DNA of 61,011 nucleotides, filler included, from 3 parts of 3 records of this genome joined end to end with filler, not necessarily neighbours in it; one strand, 5' to 3'. Shown: positions 19,488 through 29,827, numbered from the whole stretch's first letter. Translations and numbers: made by a program. The notes: generated from the letters alone by a model not told the origin.

Positions 19488-20372
19488 ATGAATATTTGGC
19501 TACCATCGGGGAAGATAATCACATCAGCAGTTATAGGTTTCAGCGTGATGCTGCTATTTTTTTTGGCTTCATGCGAAAAAGAAGAAACCTCTGATTTTGT
19601 AAAGGTGGCAGAAGTTGCTTCAACGCACCTGGGAGCCGATCTGGATGCAACATACCTGTTTTCGGTTTTGCATAAAGCCATCTATGACACTGCATTGATT
19701 CGTACGGATACCGCCATGATCGACAGCGCGTGGGTTTACAGTTCAACAACAGCTATATCAAATGGCACAAGCTACCTGTTCGATTACGGCGACAGCACGG
19801 TAAGCCCTGATTTCAATCGCAAATCCGGGCAGATAGAAGCCGTTCTGGATATGCCATTCTCTGAGGAAAATGCAACCATCGAAGCCACTTTTAGCAATTA
19901 CACGGTTAATAATTTCAGGCTCGAAGGAAGTGTGAGGTACATAAACACTGGCGAACTGGTTGGTGGAAGTTTAAAGCTATCGCTTGAAAGTGATGTAAAA
20001 TTTTACATGGGCAACCAACTCCTGATTGATTACTCAGGAAACAAAACCATAATGTGGACCGGGGGATTCGACCAAACTGAAAATGCCGAATTACAGGTAT
20101 TCGAAATTTCCGGAACTTCTGAAAGCACCTATAATAATCCCGAGAACCCGGATATCAGCCAGGCAGATATGGACATGGAAATTGATGGTGTACTTGATGT
20201 TTCTTTCGACTGCCACAAAATTGTCAAATACGGCAAAGTCCTGATTAATGAATCAATTCCCGAATTTAACGAAAGCCTTACAGGCGACTTTATCGACTCG
20301 GATATTGACGGCTGCAGTGATAAAGTAATGATAAAAAATGCTGATAATTACGGATATCCTTACTATTTTTGA
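19488..20372 (+). CDS. Hypothetical lipoprotein
   Basis: Lipobox LASC; acidic, beta-rich; start uncertain (19416, 19488 or 19548). Confidence 0.6.
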   Translation: MNIWLPSGKIITSAVIGFSVMLLFFLASCEKEETSDFVKVAEVASTHLGADLDATYLFSVLHKAIYDTALIRTDTAMIDSAWVYSSTTAISNGTSYLFDYGDSTVSPDFNRKSGQIEAVLDMPFSEENATIEATFSNYTVNNFRLEGSVRYINTGELVGGSLKLSLESDVKFYMGNQLLIDYSGNKTIMWTGGFDQTENAELQVFEISGTSESTYNNPENPDISQADMDMEIDGVLDVSFDCHKIVKYGKVLINESIPEFNESLTGDFIDSDIDGCSDKVMIKNADNYGYPYYF

Positions 20373-20408
20373 GATCGAATAGCTGATTCGTTCTAAAAAT
20401 AACAGGAT

Positions 20409-22088
20409 ATGAAACACAATTTTACTCCAAAATCCGGCCCGGGAAAGGCAATTCCCTTTTCCCTATTAACAGGTATAATCATCATCATTTTTTCGATCTC
20501 CTGTAAAAAACTGGAAGAAAACTTCGATTTCAACAAAGTAGTAAAACCTACGTGGAACCCTGAATTTGCGATTCCATTGGTTAATTCACAATTATACCTG
20601 GCCGACTTTCTTGAAGATTCGAGTAACCTGAGTATCATCACCCATCCGGATCAAAGCATCAGTTTTGTATATTCTGACGATAGCATCATTTCAGCCACTG
20701 CCGGTACTTTCATCGATTTCCCGGACCAGGAATTTAGCTACGCACTGGATTTTGATCTTCCTGCGCTGCCTCCCGGGTTTTTCGATACCATAAACTTCAC
20801 CGAAACCTATACTTTTAAGACAGCCCGGGAAACCCAACGTATCGATTCAATCTTCCTATCTGACGGACAATTGAGCATTAGTGGACGCACCAACCTGAAC
20901 CGGGATCATGCAGACATGAAACTCACTGTACTTGATATTAAAAACATTGCCACGGGCGAACCCATAGTAATTTATGCAGGCCTGGATAACCCCGGTGGCC
21001 AGAACAGCTGGGTTTATTTTGACACCACTTATAACCTGAGTGAATATAAAATGACCCTCAATGATACACAGGATTCACTTATGAATACACTCACGTATTT
21101 CATTGATGTAGTGATTGAAGGTGACGAAAACCCGGACCTTTCGCCTTACACATTTGAATTGGATGGAACACTTACAAGCCTGGAGTTTAATGAGGCTTTC
21201 GGATATTTTGCAAAATATGAATTAAACTTTTCCGATTCGCTGAACATTGGTTTATTCAACGACGCCATCGGCGGAGGCATTAACATTGGTGAAGGCTCAG
21301 TAAAACTTTCCTTTGACCTACGGAATTCATTTGGCCTTCCCGTGAAATTTGAGAGCAATGCATTGTTTGCGTATTCCCAGTCAACACCACCTTATGTAGT
21401 AGAAATTGAACTGTTCGGGCCGGGCATTCCTAACGTTTTTGATATCGATTCACCGGATTTCGGTCAAATGGGTCAGGCCGTTGAAACAAAGCTTGATTTC
21501 ACACAGGCCAATTTTGCCGAAGCTTTCAACATCGGGCCACAAACACTTTTTTACGACCTGTCGGGTTACACCAATTATGATGAAGACACCACAGCACAGA
21601 ATTTCATTTTGAATGACAGCAGGATTGTTTTGGATGTCGATCTCGAATTTGATCTGTTTGGTGCCATTGCCGATTTTACGATACAGGACACCGTATTGCT
21701 CAACTTTGATCAATATCCGGATGAAATCGACCACATATTATTCAGAATCAATGCCATTAATGGTTTTCCGATCCGTGCCAGGGCACAGATTTATTTTGCC
21801 GATAGTGATTATCAGGTACTCGACTCACTGATGGCCGACGACAGGAAAATTCTGGCAGCAGCACCGGTTGGAGGCCCACCAGAATACAGGGTTACCGGTA
21901 CGAACCAGGAAATCACAGATATATTGATTGATAAAGACCGGCTCGATAATATCGTTGCAGCCAGATATTTACTGTTCAAAACCAGACTCTCTACCACCGA
22001 TCAGGATTTAATTAAAATCTATGACGACTACAATATCACATTGAAATTGGGTTCAATCATTGGTTTAACTGTTGACAACGAAAATTAG
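20409..22088 (+). CDS. Hypothetical lipoprotein, partner of the DUF5723 barrel
   Basis: Lipobox SISC, WNPEFAIPL motif, repeated NSFGLP / NGFPI beta-sandwich motifs. Confidence 0.7.
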   Translation: MKHNFTPKSGPGKAIPFSLLTGIIIIIFSISCKKLEENFDFNKVVKPTWNPEFAIPLVNSQLYLADFLEDSSNLSIITHPDQSISFVYSDDSIISATAGTFIDFPDQEFSYALDFDLPALPPGFFDTINFTETYTFKTARETQRIDSIFLSDGQLSISGRTNLNRDHADMKLTVLDIKNIATGEPIVIYAGLDNPGGQNSWVYFDTTYNLSEYKMTLNDTQDSLMNTLTYFIDVVIEGDENPDLSPYTFELDGTLTSLEFNEAFGYFAKYELNFSDSLNIGLFNDAIGGGINIGEGSVKLSFDLRNSFGLPVKFESNALFAYSQSTPPYVVEIELFGPGIPNVFDIDSPDFGQMGQAVETKLDFTQANFAEAFNIGPQTLFYDLSGYTNYDEDTTAQNFILNDSRIVLDVDLEFDLFGAIADFTIQDTVLLNFDQYPDEIDHILFRINAINGFPIRARAQIYFADSDYQVLDSLMADDRKILAAAPVGGPPEYRVTGTNQEITDILIDKDRLDNIVAARYLLFKTRLSTTDQDLIKIYDDYNITLKLGSIIGLTVDNEN

Positions 22089-22099
22089 GAGGAAAGATC

Positions 22100-23515
22100 A
22101 TGAAGAAAGTAAGCAAAAAAGCAATGACAACCGCTGTGATCGTTTTACTGGGATTTTTACTCCTTGGCCTCAAACCTATACATGCACAATACGACCGAAC
22201 CCTGAGCTTTATGCCCATTGTTCCACAAGGCCGGAATATAAATCCGGGCTTTATCCCTGACCACAAATTTTATATCGGCATACCGCTTTTATCCTCAGTA
22301 AAAACCGGTTTTGAGAACTCCATCAATTACGAGGATGTATTCCTCAGAAAAGGCGATTCACTGATTTTAGACCGCGACCACATCCTGAGTAATATCGATG
22401 ACAAGACCAACCTCAACCTTAATTTTCTTGAAGAATACATTGCTTTTGGGTTTAAGGCAAATAAGAACTATTTCCACTTCAGGGTGGCTGATATTGTTCA
22501 AACCAATTTTGTGGTGAATAAAAGCCTGATTCAATTCCTGTTGTATGGCAACGGAAGTGAAGAGTTTTTGGGCCAAAATATAGATTTGGGTGGGAATGCC
22601 ATAAATGCAACCTACTACCGGGAATATGCATTTGGATACAGCAGGCAAATCAACGAAAAACTCTCAGTTGGTACAACCCTGAAATACTTGCAGGGTATGG
22701 CAAACATCACCACTGCGAACGATGAGATTTCACTAAACACAAACGAGGAAGACTTTGCTCTGACCATGACCTCCAATATCGAGATCAACTTGTCAGCACC
22801 TGGAATCGGTGACTCGGATTTCGAGGTTAAAGATTTAATGCCAAACCCAAAAAATGGCGGTTTCGCATTCGATCTGGGTGCTGAATATAAAATCAATGGA
22901 AAGTTTGACACCTACGCCAGTTTGCTTAATGTCGGCTCCATCAAATGGAAAGAAAATGTAAAAAATTTCGTAACTGAAAATCCCAATGAACCATTTGTTT
23001 ATGAGGGTTTCGATATCAACGAATATTTTGAAAATAATGAATTTGACAACGACAGGATTGAAAATATCCTGGACTCCATCGTAGATGAAGTTGGTATTAA
23101 TGAGACCGAAAATGCGTATAAAAGTAAACTTGCTCCAATGCTAAACCTGGGTGGCCGGTTTAACCTTAATGAGAAAGATATGTTCAGTGCACTTTTCCGG
23201 AATCAGTTTCAAAAGAGTAAGGACTGGACTACCTTTTCGATCGCCTACACCCGGAAATTTTCTCCCGGTCTGAACCTGATGGTATCAAACACTTTTTTTA
23301 CCGACAGCTATTTTAATCCGGGAATTGGTTTTGCCGCCAACATTGGCCCGGTGCAACTTTACCTGGTAAACGAAAATGTGATCGCCCCATTCATGCTCAA
23401 CAACAGCAATGTTTTCCTGGTGCGTTTTGGTATCAATCTGACCTTCAATCAAAAATTCAAAGACCTGGAAGAGGGTGATGTTGAAATCATGGACGACTCA
23501 ACAGGAAAGGAATAG
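22100..23515 (+). CDS. DUF5723-family outer-membrane beta-barrel protein
   Basis: Signal peptide, INPGF, YYREYAFGYSR, GTTLKYLQG, GFAFDLGAEY, FGINLTF. Confidence 0.8.
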   Translation: MKKVSKKAMTTAVIVLLGFLLLGLKPIHAQYDRTLSFMPIVPQGRNINPGFIPDHKFYIGIPLLSSVKTGFENSINYEDVFLRKGDSLILDRDHILSNIDDKTNLNLNFLEEYIAFGFKANKNYFHFRVADIVQTNFVVNKSLIQFLLYGNGSEEFLGQNIDLGGNAINATYYREYAFGYSRQINEKLSVGTTLKYLQGMANITTANDEISLNTNEEDFALTMTSNIEINLSAPGIGDSDFEVKDLMPNPKNGGFAFDLGAEYKINGKFDTYASLLNVGSIKWKENVKNFVTENPNEPFVYEGFDINEYFENNEFDNDRIENILDSIVDEVGINETENAYKSKLAPMLNLGGRFNLNEKDMFSALFRNQFQKSKDWTTFSIAYTRKFSPGLNLMVSNTFFTDSYFNPGIGFAANIGPVQLYLVNENVIAPFMLNNSNVFLVRFGINLTFNQKFKDLEEGDVEIMDDSTGKE

Positions 23516-23519
23516 GCAT

Positions 23520-23593
23520 AAAAAAAACAGGGAACTACGCACATAATTGGTATTACCAGTCCCGGTTTCCCGCTGGACTCATGCGATCCCCTG
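23520..23593 (-). terminator. Branched stem-loop ending in a U-tract (terminator or small structured RNA)
   Basis: Minus strand CAGGGGAU/GUUCCCUG closing stem followed by a long U-tract, with internal AGUCC-AG-CGG-GAAA-CCG-GGACU and GGU-AAU-ACC arms. Confidence 0.55.
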
Positions 23594-23616
23594 CTCTTCT
23601 AATTATAAATACTTTA

Positions 23617-24081
23617 TTAATCCAATTCATCAAAAGGGAATTCTCCCCAGCTAACTGCTGTAAGAATATCACCTTCGAAGAAAAAATCGGTCATGGCCTC
23701 GTCAAAAGAAACCCTGTTTTCGTCCGGGTATTCATGGTCATCTTCATGAACCTCAGTATCCATGTCTTCAAAACCTTTTCCCTTCATCATTACAATAATA
23801 TCGTCCTTCTTCAGGGCAAAAACCTTTTTACCATACATGGTTGCGTCAGGGTTATCAGTCTCGATATTTACAAGGATTTTCTTTTTACCTTCTCCTTCGA
23901 AAAACAATGAAATGTCCTGTTCGTCATAATGATAAATAAGCGTTTCCGCCAGTTCGTCATCGTCAAGCAGTTCTTCATCATCAGGCTTTCCCACAATTTC
24001 GATTGCCTGTGCAGTAGTCATTCCAAATTTAAGAGCTCCCAAACCATCCTGAGGTTTGATGTCTAAAGTTAGTGCTTTCAT
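23617..24081 (-). CDS. Conserved acidic hypothetical protein
   Basis: Clean 154-aa ORF 13 nt downstream of the SDR gene; GLGALKFGMT...VGKPD N-terminal pattern. Confidence 0.65.
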   Translation of the reverse strand: MKALTLDIKPQDGLGALKFGMTTAQAIEIVGKPDDEELLDDDELAETLIYHYDEQDISLFFEGEGKKKILVNIETDNPDATMYGKKVFALKKDDIIVMMKGKGFEDMDTEVHEDDHEYPDENRVSFDEAMTDFFFEGDILTAVSWGEFPFDELD

Positions 24082-24094
24082 GATTTATTATTTG

Positions 24095-24907
24095 TTAATT
24101 TAATGGTGAGTCCGGTTCTTTGGCAAAAACGTTATAAACTATTTTATCAAGTTGTTTCGGGAAGAGTTTATTTAAGAATACGGTAAGTCTTCCCTGTGTT
24201 GTTAAGGTGAGCCTGTTTTTACGCTTTTTAACCGCATTGGCAATTTTGCTGGCCACCTTTTCGGGCGACATCATTTTTTTTTCGTCTCTGGGCGATTCTC
24301 CCTGTAACGACCCATCGGCTGCACGTGCTGTATTCCGGATATTGGATGAGGTAAAACCTGGACAGGCGATCAGAACATGCAGTCCGGTTTTCAGGTTTTC
24401 GGTTCGAATCACTTCGAGTATACCATGAATGGCAAATTTTGAAGATGAATATGCTGTTCTGCCTGGTAAGCCCTTATATCCTGCAATTGAGGAAACACCG
24501 ACCAGGGACCCCTTGGATTGCAACAGGTAAGGCATGGCAAATTTGGAGCAATATACCGTTCCCCAAAAATTCACATCCATCACCTCCCTGATCACTTTCA
24601 TTTCAACATCTTTGAATAGTGCCCGCATGGATATACCGGCATTATTTATCAGCACATCAATTCGACCACATTTCTCCACTGCCGTATCAATGAAGTTTCT
24701 GCACGATTCCTCACTGCTTGCATCAAGTTTTACGGGAAGTACTTTATGGCCGGAAGGCTCCAGCTCAGTGCGGATTTGATCCAGCTTGTCATAAGATCTG
24801 GCTCCGGCAACAACACAAGCACCACGACGGGCAAACTCATATACCAGGGCTCTGCCAATACCCGAGGATGCTCCTGTGACAATAACTACCTTTTCTTTAA
24901 AATCCAT
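24095..24907 (-). CDS. Classical SDR oxidoreductase (DHRS7B-like)
   Basis: TGASSGIG, NNAG, YSSSK catalytic motif. Confidence 0.92.
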   Translation of the reverse strand: MDFKEKVVIVTGASSGIGRALVYEFARRGACVVAGARSYDKLDQIRTELEPSGHKVLPVKLDASSEESCRNFIDTAVEKCGRIDVLINNAGISMRALFKDVEMKVIREVMDVNFWGTVYCSKFAMPYLLQSKGSLVGVSSIAGYKGLPGRTAYSSSKFAIHGILEVIRTENLKTGLHVLIACPGFTSSNIRNTARAADGSLQGESPRDEKKMMSPEKVASKIANAVKKRKNRLTLTTQGRLTVFLNKLFPKQLDKIVYNVFAKEPDSPLN

Positions 24908-25063
24908 TTTTTGAGAAAAACTTCACAATACTAATTTAAATTTCGCATATCGCATTTTTTTTCGCTTGCTTTTTACTGAACGATTCCTTACAGCTTAATG
25001 GGAACAGGCCTTCAGATCATTTTATTTTGCCGGATAAAAACATATAATTTTTAGATGCCCGGA

Positions 25064-27988
25064 TTACTCAAGCAACTTATCAGCACGTTTTTGAGCATCA
25101 GCTCTTATTTGATCTGCTTGCTGCCTTGCCGCAGTCATTATATCTTCTGATTTTTTATTGGCTTCGTTCACAATATTATCAGCCTGCTCATCAGCTTCTG
25201 CAAGCATTTTATCCGTTGTGGCTTTGGCAGCCATTTCTGCTATCGGGCCTTTCTTTTTGGCTTCAGCCATCAGGTCATCAGCCTGCTTCCTGGCTTCTTC
25301 TTTTGCTTTGGCTGCAGATTCCTGTGCAGTTTTATTGATGGCATCAACCTGCTTTTGGGCATCAGTGATGATCTTGTTGGCTTGCTTTTCTGCATCAGCA
25401 ATAATTTTATCGGCCTCAGCACGTGCTTCGGCCTTTTTATTTTCAAGTTCTTTCCTGGCTTCCTCCTCCAGCTTTTGCTTTTGTTTTTCCAGTTCTTCCT
25501 GTGCCTTCTTTTTCAGTTCTTCAGCCATATTCTTGCCTGAACCTTCACCCGGCAACACCTTTACCTTCGGTTCCATGGTAGTTCCAGTGATTGTAGCCTT
25601 CAGGTTTATCTCATCTCCCAGGCTAAAGTTCGTGCCCATTTTATTGGCTTCCGAAACCAGGTTATCCAGTAGGGCATTGGCCTGCCCGCCAAACTTATCA
25701 CGCGGCACAGTCATCACCATATCGTAATTGATGGATTGATCGAATGAGGTCCAGCCCCCCAGGTTTGCTTTCATATCCTGGAATGTGATATCAAACGGCT
25801 TAACATGTAATTTCCCGTCAATGAATTCGAAAGACAGCTTAATGTGTGAAAGTAACAAACGCTTCAGATCCGGCATCTTCAGAATATCAGCCAGTTTGTT
25901 GATGGAATTCACATTTTCGATGGTGATCTCCGAAGTGTTCAGGTTGCCACCGCCGTTCATCGAACTGTATACAGGCATCAGATCCTGGCCCAGCAGCGCA
26001 TTCAGGTTGAAGCTCGTCGAAAACGTACCATCGGTTTTTTGGGCTATGGGTGCAAATTTCTCCAAAGCGCCAAATGTGTTGTAAGCTTCTTTAATGTTGA
26101 TCCCCCGGAGGTTGATAGCCATTGCAGCCTCAGGTTTCGATGGAACTTTGGTATCGTATTTACCATCTATTTTTACCGTTCCATCAAACACACCCATATT
26201 CAGGTTTTGCAGAATCACAGCCTGATCTTTGACCAGCAATTTACCTTTCATATCTTTCAAAACAATATCGTCGTAAATCACTTCCTGATAATCCGCAGTA
26301 AGTGTAAAATCGATGTTTGCAGGTATTTCGATGATCCCGTGCGATGTGGTATCAACGACAGGCATTGTGATTGAATCTCCACCTGTTTCCGGTGTTTCTT
26401 TCGCTGTTTCTTCAGGCATCAGATCAGATAAATTCAGGTATGTTGAAGATGTCTCCAGGGTTCCCTTGAGTGTTCCGTGGGCCAATGCATAGGGCATAAA
26501 CTGTTCAATCTTTCCTTTGGCAAAAAATGTGCTCTTGCCCAGGTTCATGCTGAAGTTAACCAGATCGAGGTATTCAGGAGAAAAGTTGAGCTGGGCTTTT
26601 TGTATATTCACACGCTGGGGTAGCATGGAGGTGGCATAATTCAGCTCTTCGAGCAACACCGAACCCAGTAATGTAAATTCGTTGTAATTCTCCTGTTCCA
26701 GTGCCGACATTTTCCCCTCAAATGAAACATTGGATGTAATCCGCCCAGACAGTGCATCGCCCTCTTCCAGCGGGTAAAATTCCTTTACCTTCGACAAATC
26801 CATTTTCCCGTTCACCTCCCCTTTTAAATCCACATCAGTCATGGGCTTTTTTACGGATAATGAAGCAGAAACACGGCTACCGGCCATGGTCATCTCCATT
26901 TTTGAAACATCAATGGTCATATTATCAAAATCACCGCCGGGATAATCAATTTTGGTGCTGATATTCACATTTTCAACAGCTTTGGGCAGATCGGGGTATT
27001 GGAAATATCCATCCTGCACAAGCAGGTTAAAAGCAAATGCCGGATAAGACTCGTCATTGTATATTCCTTTCACATTTCCTGTGATTGCCAGCGTTCCGGA
27101 AGTTTTTAATCCTTCCAGGTCGGTGGCATACATGGCCGGAATCATGGAAAGGAAATTGCTGAAATCCGATTTTTTGGATGAGTAGGTGAGCATGAGGTTG
27201 ATATCACCATTCTCCTGCATACCCACGGAACCATCAAAGCCGATGAACAGATTGTTGAGCCTCAATTCGTTGTTTTCGAGTGTGTAAATTGAATTTGCCA
27301 GGTCTGCACCAACAACGGCATCAAGTTCGGCATCCACCCTGTTGAGGTACTTCACACCATCATAAATTACTGTCAACTCACCGATTGTGGTATAGGTATC
27401 AAGGTTGGTAAAATCAAGGGTAAAATCACCACTAAGTCTGTGATCAACACCTTCGAGCAATGCATAGGTTACCAGGCTCTTGTCGTCGTAAACAATCCGG
27501 GCATCCGATATTTCTACACTCCGGAGTTGGATCACAAAAGGCGAACTTTCGGATGCGTCGGGTTCCGGCGCAGCTTCGGGTTCCTCACCTGATTCAAGCG
27601 CAATATCCCAGTTTGCAGCGCCATCCTCAGCTACCAGTGCATTTATGGTTGGCTTTACGATGGTGATTTTGCGAAGCTCGTAATCCTCACCCCGGAAAAC
27701 ACTATTCAGATCCAGGGTTAACCGGAATTCGGGAATCCAGGCCAGGGTATCACCGGCAAACGGGCCTTTGTTCACCACCGACAAACCCTCCAACCTAAAA
27801 TCGAAATTGGGAAAACTCCTGAAAAGGGAGAGGTCGAAATCCGCAAAGTCCACGGTGGCATTTACATTATTGTTGATTTCCTTCTTTACTTGTTCAACAA
27901 TCTGATCTTTAAAAAAATAAGGCACTGCAACCATTGCGAGCAGAATCACAACAATCAGCACACCCAGAATTTTGAATAACAGTTTCAT
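25064..27988 (-). CDS. AsmA-family protein with C-terminal coiled-coil
   Basis: N-terminal TM anchor, LSLFRSFP, beta-rich AsmA-like body, A/E/K/Q-rich helical tail. Confidence 0.85.
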   Translation of the reverse strand: MKLLFKILGVLIVVILLAMVAVPYFFKDQIVEQVKKEINNNVNATVDFADFDLSLFRSFPNFDFRLEGLSVVNKGPFAGDTLAWIPEFRLTLDLNSVFRGEDYELRKITIVKPTINALVAEDGAANWDIALESGEEPEAAPEPDASESSPFVIQLRSVEISDARIVYDDKSLVTYALLEGVDHRLSGDFTLDFTNLDTYTTIGELTVIYDGVKYLNRVDAELDAVVGADLANSIYTLENNELRLNNLFIGFDGSVGMQENGDINLMLTYSSKKSDFSNFLSMIPAMYATDLEGLKTSGTLAITGNVKGIYNDESYPAFAFNLLVQDGYFQYPDLPKAVENVNISTKIDYPGGDFDNMTIDVSKMEMTMAGSRVSASLSVKKPMTDVDLKGEVNGKMDLSKVKEFYPLEEGDALSGRITSNVSFEGKMSALEQENYNEFTLLGSVLLEELNYATSMLPQRVNIQKAQLNFSPEYLDLVNFSMNLGKSTFFAKGKIEQFMPYALAHGTLKGTLETSSTYLNLSDLMPEETAKETPETGGDSITMPVVDTTSHGIIEIPANIDFTLTADYQEVIYDDIVLKDMKGKLLVKDQAVILQNLNMGVFDGTVKIDGKYDTKVPSKPEAAMAINLRGINIKEAYNTFGALEKFAPIAQKTDGTFSTSFNLNALLGQDLMPVYSSMNGGGNLNTSEITIENVNSINKLADILKMPDLKRLLLSHIKLSFEFIDGKLHVKPFDITFQDMKANLGGWTSFDQSINYDMVMTVPRDKFGGQANALLDNLVSEANKMGTNFSLGDEINLKATITGTTMEPKVKVLPGEGSGKNMAEELKKKAQEELEKQKQKLEEEARKELENKKAEARAEADKIIADAEKQANKIITDAQKQVDAINKTAQESAAKAKEEARKQADDLMAEAKKKGPIAEMAAKATTDKMLAEADEQADNIVNEANKKSEDIMTAARQQADQIRADAQKRADKLLE

Positions 27989-28015
27989 TCTGAAAAATAT
28001 TTTTGTTTTTATTGT

Positions 28016-29101
28016 CTATTTAAAAGAAGCATAAGTTTCGCTTCGGAGATAATGATCGGCGACCACAAGTGCTGCCATGGCTTCAACCACCGGGACAGCA
28101 CGCGGCACCACACAGGGATCATGGCGGCCTTTCACGGATAGTTCAACCTGCTTACCTTCCTTATCAACACTTTGCTGAGTTTTTGAAATAGAGGCGGGTG
28201 CCTTAAAGGCCACCCTGAAAATGATCTCTTCTCCATTGGAAATACCGCCCTGTATACCGCCCGAATTATTGGTCGCTGTTTTAATTTGATCACCTTCGGT
28301 TATAAAAGCATCATTGTGCGCCGATCCGCGTATTTGGGCGCCATTAAACCCCGAGCCGATCTCAAAACCTTTGGTGGCATTGATGCCCATCATGGCTCCG
28401 GCCAGTTCGGCACTTAACTTGCCGTAAACCGGCTCGCCCAGGCCAACCGGAGCTCCTGTTACCCGGCATTCTACTACACCGCCAATAGAATCACCTTCAG
28501 CAGTAAGCCCTTCCAGCATGGTTATAATTTTTGAAGCAGTTTCCTGATCCGGGCACCTCACCGGGTTGGATTCGATGGATTCAAAGGTGATATGCTGTAT
28601 GTTTCCGCGCATTTTCATTTCACCCACACTTTGTGTAAAGGCCAGTATCCGGATACCTGCCTTTTTCAACAGCAGTTTGGCGAATGCCCCGGCAGCCACA
28701 CGCACCAGCGTTTCGCGCGCCGATGATCGTCCCCCACCCCGGTAATCGGCAATGCCATATTTTTTGTGGTAGGTATAATCAGCATGAGACGGGCGATATA
28801 CGTTGGCAATATTGCTGTAATCCCTGGACCGCTGATCTTTATTACGAACCATAAAGGCAATGGGTGTTCCGGTTGATTTGCCTTCAAAAACACCAGATAA
28901 AACCTCCAGTGTATCGCTCTCTTTGCGTGGCGTAGTTATGGAGGATTGTCCGGGTTTGCGGCGATCCATTTCAGACTGGATAAAATCCATATCAATTTCC
29001 AGCCCGGGCGGAAAGCCGTCTATCAATCCACCCACTGCTTTTCCGTGTGATTCTCCAAAGCTTGTTACCCTGAGAATTTCCCCAATACTGTTAGACGCCA
29101 T
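28016..29101 (-). CDS. aroC: Chorismate synthase
   Basis: FGESHG, RPSHAD, GGGRSSARET, NNSGGIQGGISNG, GRHDPCV. Confidence 0.97.
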   Translation of the reverse strand: MASNSIGEILRVTSFGESHGKAVGGLIDGFPPGLEIDMDFIQSEMDRRKPGQSSITTPRKESDTLEVLSGVFEGKSTGTPIAFMVRNKDQRSRDYSNIANVYRPSHADYTYHKKYGIADYRGGGRSSARETLVRVAAGAFAKLLLKKAGIRILAFTQSVGEMKMRGNIQHITFESIESNPVRCPDQETASKIITMLEGLTAEGDSIGGVVECRVTGAPVGLGEPVYGKLSAELAGAMMGINATKGFEIGSGFNGAQIRGSAHNDAFITEGDQIKTATNNSGGIQGGISNGEEIIFRVAFKAPASISKTQQSVDKEGKQVELSVKGRHDPCVVPRAVPVVEAMAALVVADHYLRSETYASFK

Positions 29102-29201
29102 CGATTCTTCGTTTTAATTTTCAACTTCACTCTCATCAAATAAACGTAAAAATCGAAAGTTATTCATGTTATAAAAGGTTAATTTTGGCAAAATACTTCT
29201 T

Positions 29202-29678
29202 ATGAAAACACAACTGTGCCTTAGCCTTGTACTTGCTGCAATTTTCCTATTCTCATGCTCCAACAAAGATTTTGGTGAATACACTGAGATCCTTAAAAAA
29301 CTGGAGGGCGAATGGCAGGAAGCGCCGGGTATCGGCTATCGCGAAGTCTGGAAAAGCGATAAAAACGGCCTGAGTGGAGCAGGATTTATGCATTCAGGTA
29401 ATACCTTCTCTCAAACCGAAACCCTGGCCATTGTGATTTCCGACTCCACACTGGTGTACCAGGCAACGGTTGCTGACCAGAATGACGGGAAAACCATTCC
29501 ATTTCATCTCAGCCGGCACACCGATTCCACAATGGTTTTTACCAACCGGACGCATGATTTCCCCAATGTGATTGCATACCGCTTCATCAGCAACACCCTG
29601 CTGCATATCGATGTGCAAAGCCTTACAGACAGCAGCAGGAATTTTTCGTTGAGGCTTAAGAAAACCACAATCCGCTAA
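29202..29678 (+). CDS. DUF6265-family lipoprotein
   Basis: Lipobox LFSC; LEGEW, E.W, V.DQNDG..IPF, FTNRTHDFP motifs; TAATTTTG promoter element at 29180-29187. Confidence 0.75.
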   Translation: MKTQLCLSLVLAAIFLFSCSNKDFGEYTEILKKLEGEWQEAPGIGYREVWKSDKNGLSGAGFMHSGNTFSQTETLAIVISDSTLVYQATVADQNDGKTIPFHLSRHTDSTMVFTNRTHDFPNVIAYRFISNTLLHIDVQSLTDSSRNFSLRLKKTTIR

Positions 29679-29693
29679 GTCATTTAAAAAAAG

Positions 29694-29810
29694 TCAGATG
29701 TCTGATGTATGATCTGTGATCTGCGATTGTACATCCCGGGAACCAGCATGTTTCAAGCAGAGAGAAAAAAATATCATACATCAGACTTCTTACATAGGAC
29801 AACTGACATC
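29694..29810. repeat. Inverted arrays of degenerate heptamer tandem repeats
   Basis: TCAGATG TCTGATG TATGATC TGTGATC on the left; ATCATAC ATCAGAC TTCTTAC ATAGGAC AACTGAC on the right; 29700-29713 is the exact reverse complement of 29773-29786. Confidence 0.75.
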
Positions 29811-29827
29811 AATGGGTAACAAACAAC

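Noticed and set aside
23530-23590. Hammerhead ribozyme (AUGAGUCC...GGAC resembles stem II)
   Set aside because: Core CUGAUGA is imperfect and the obligatory GAAA after stem II is absent
29694-29810. CRISPR array
   Set aside because: Units are 7-nt degenerate tandem repeats without unique spacers; no cas genes in the window
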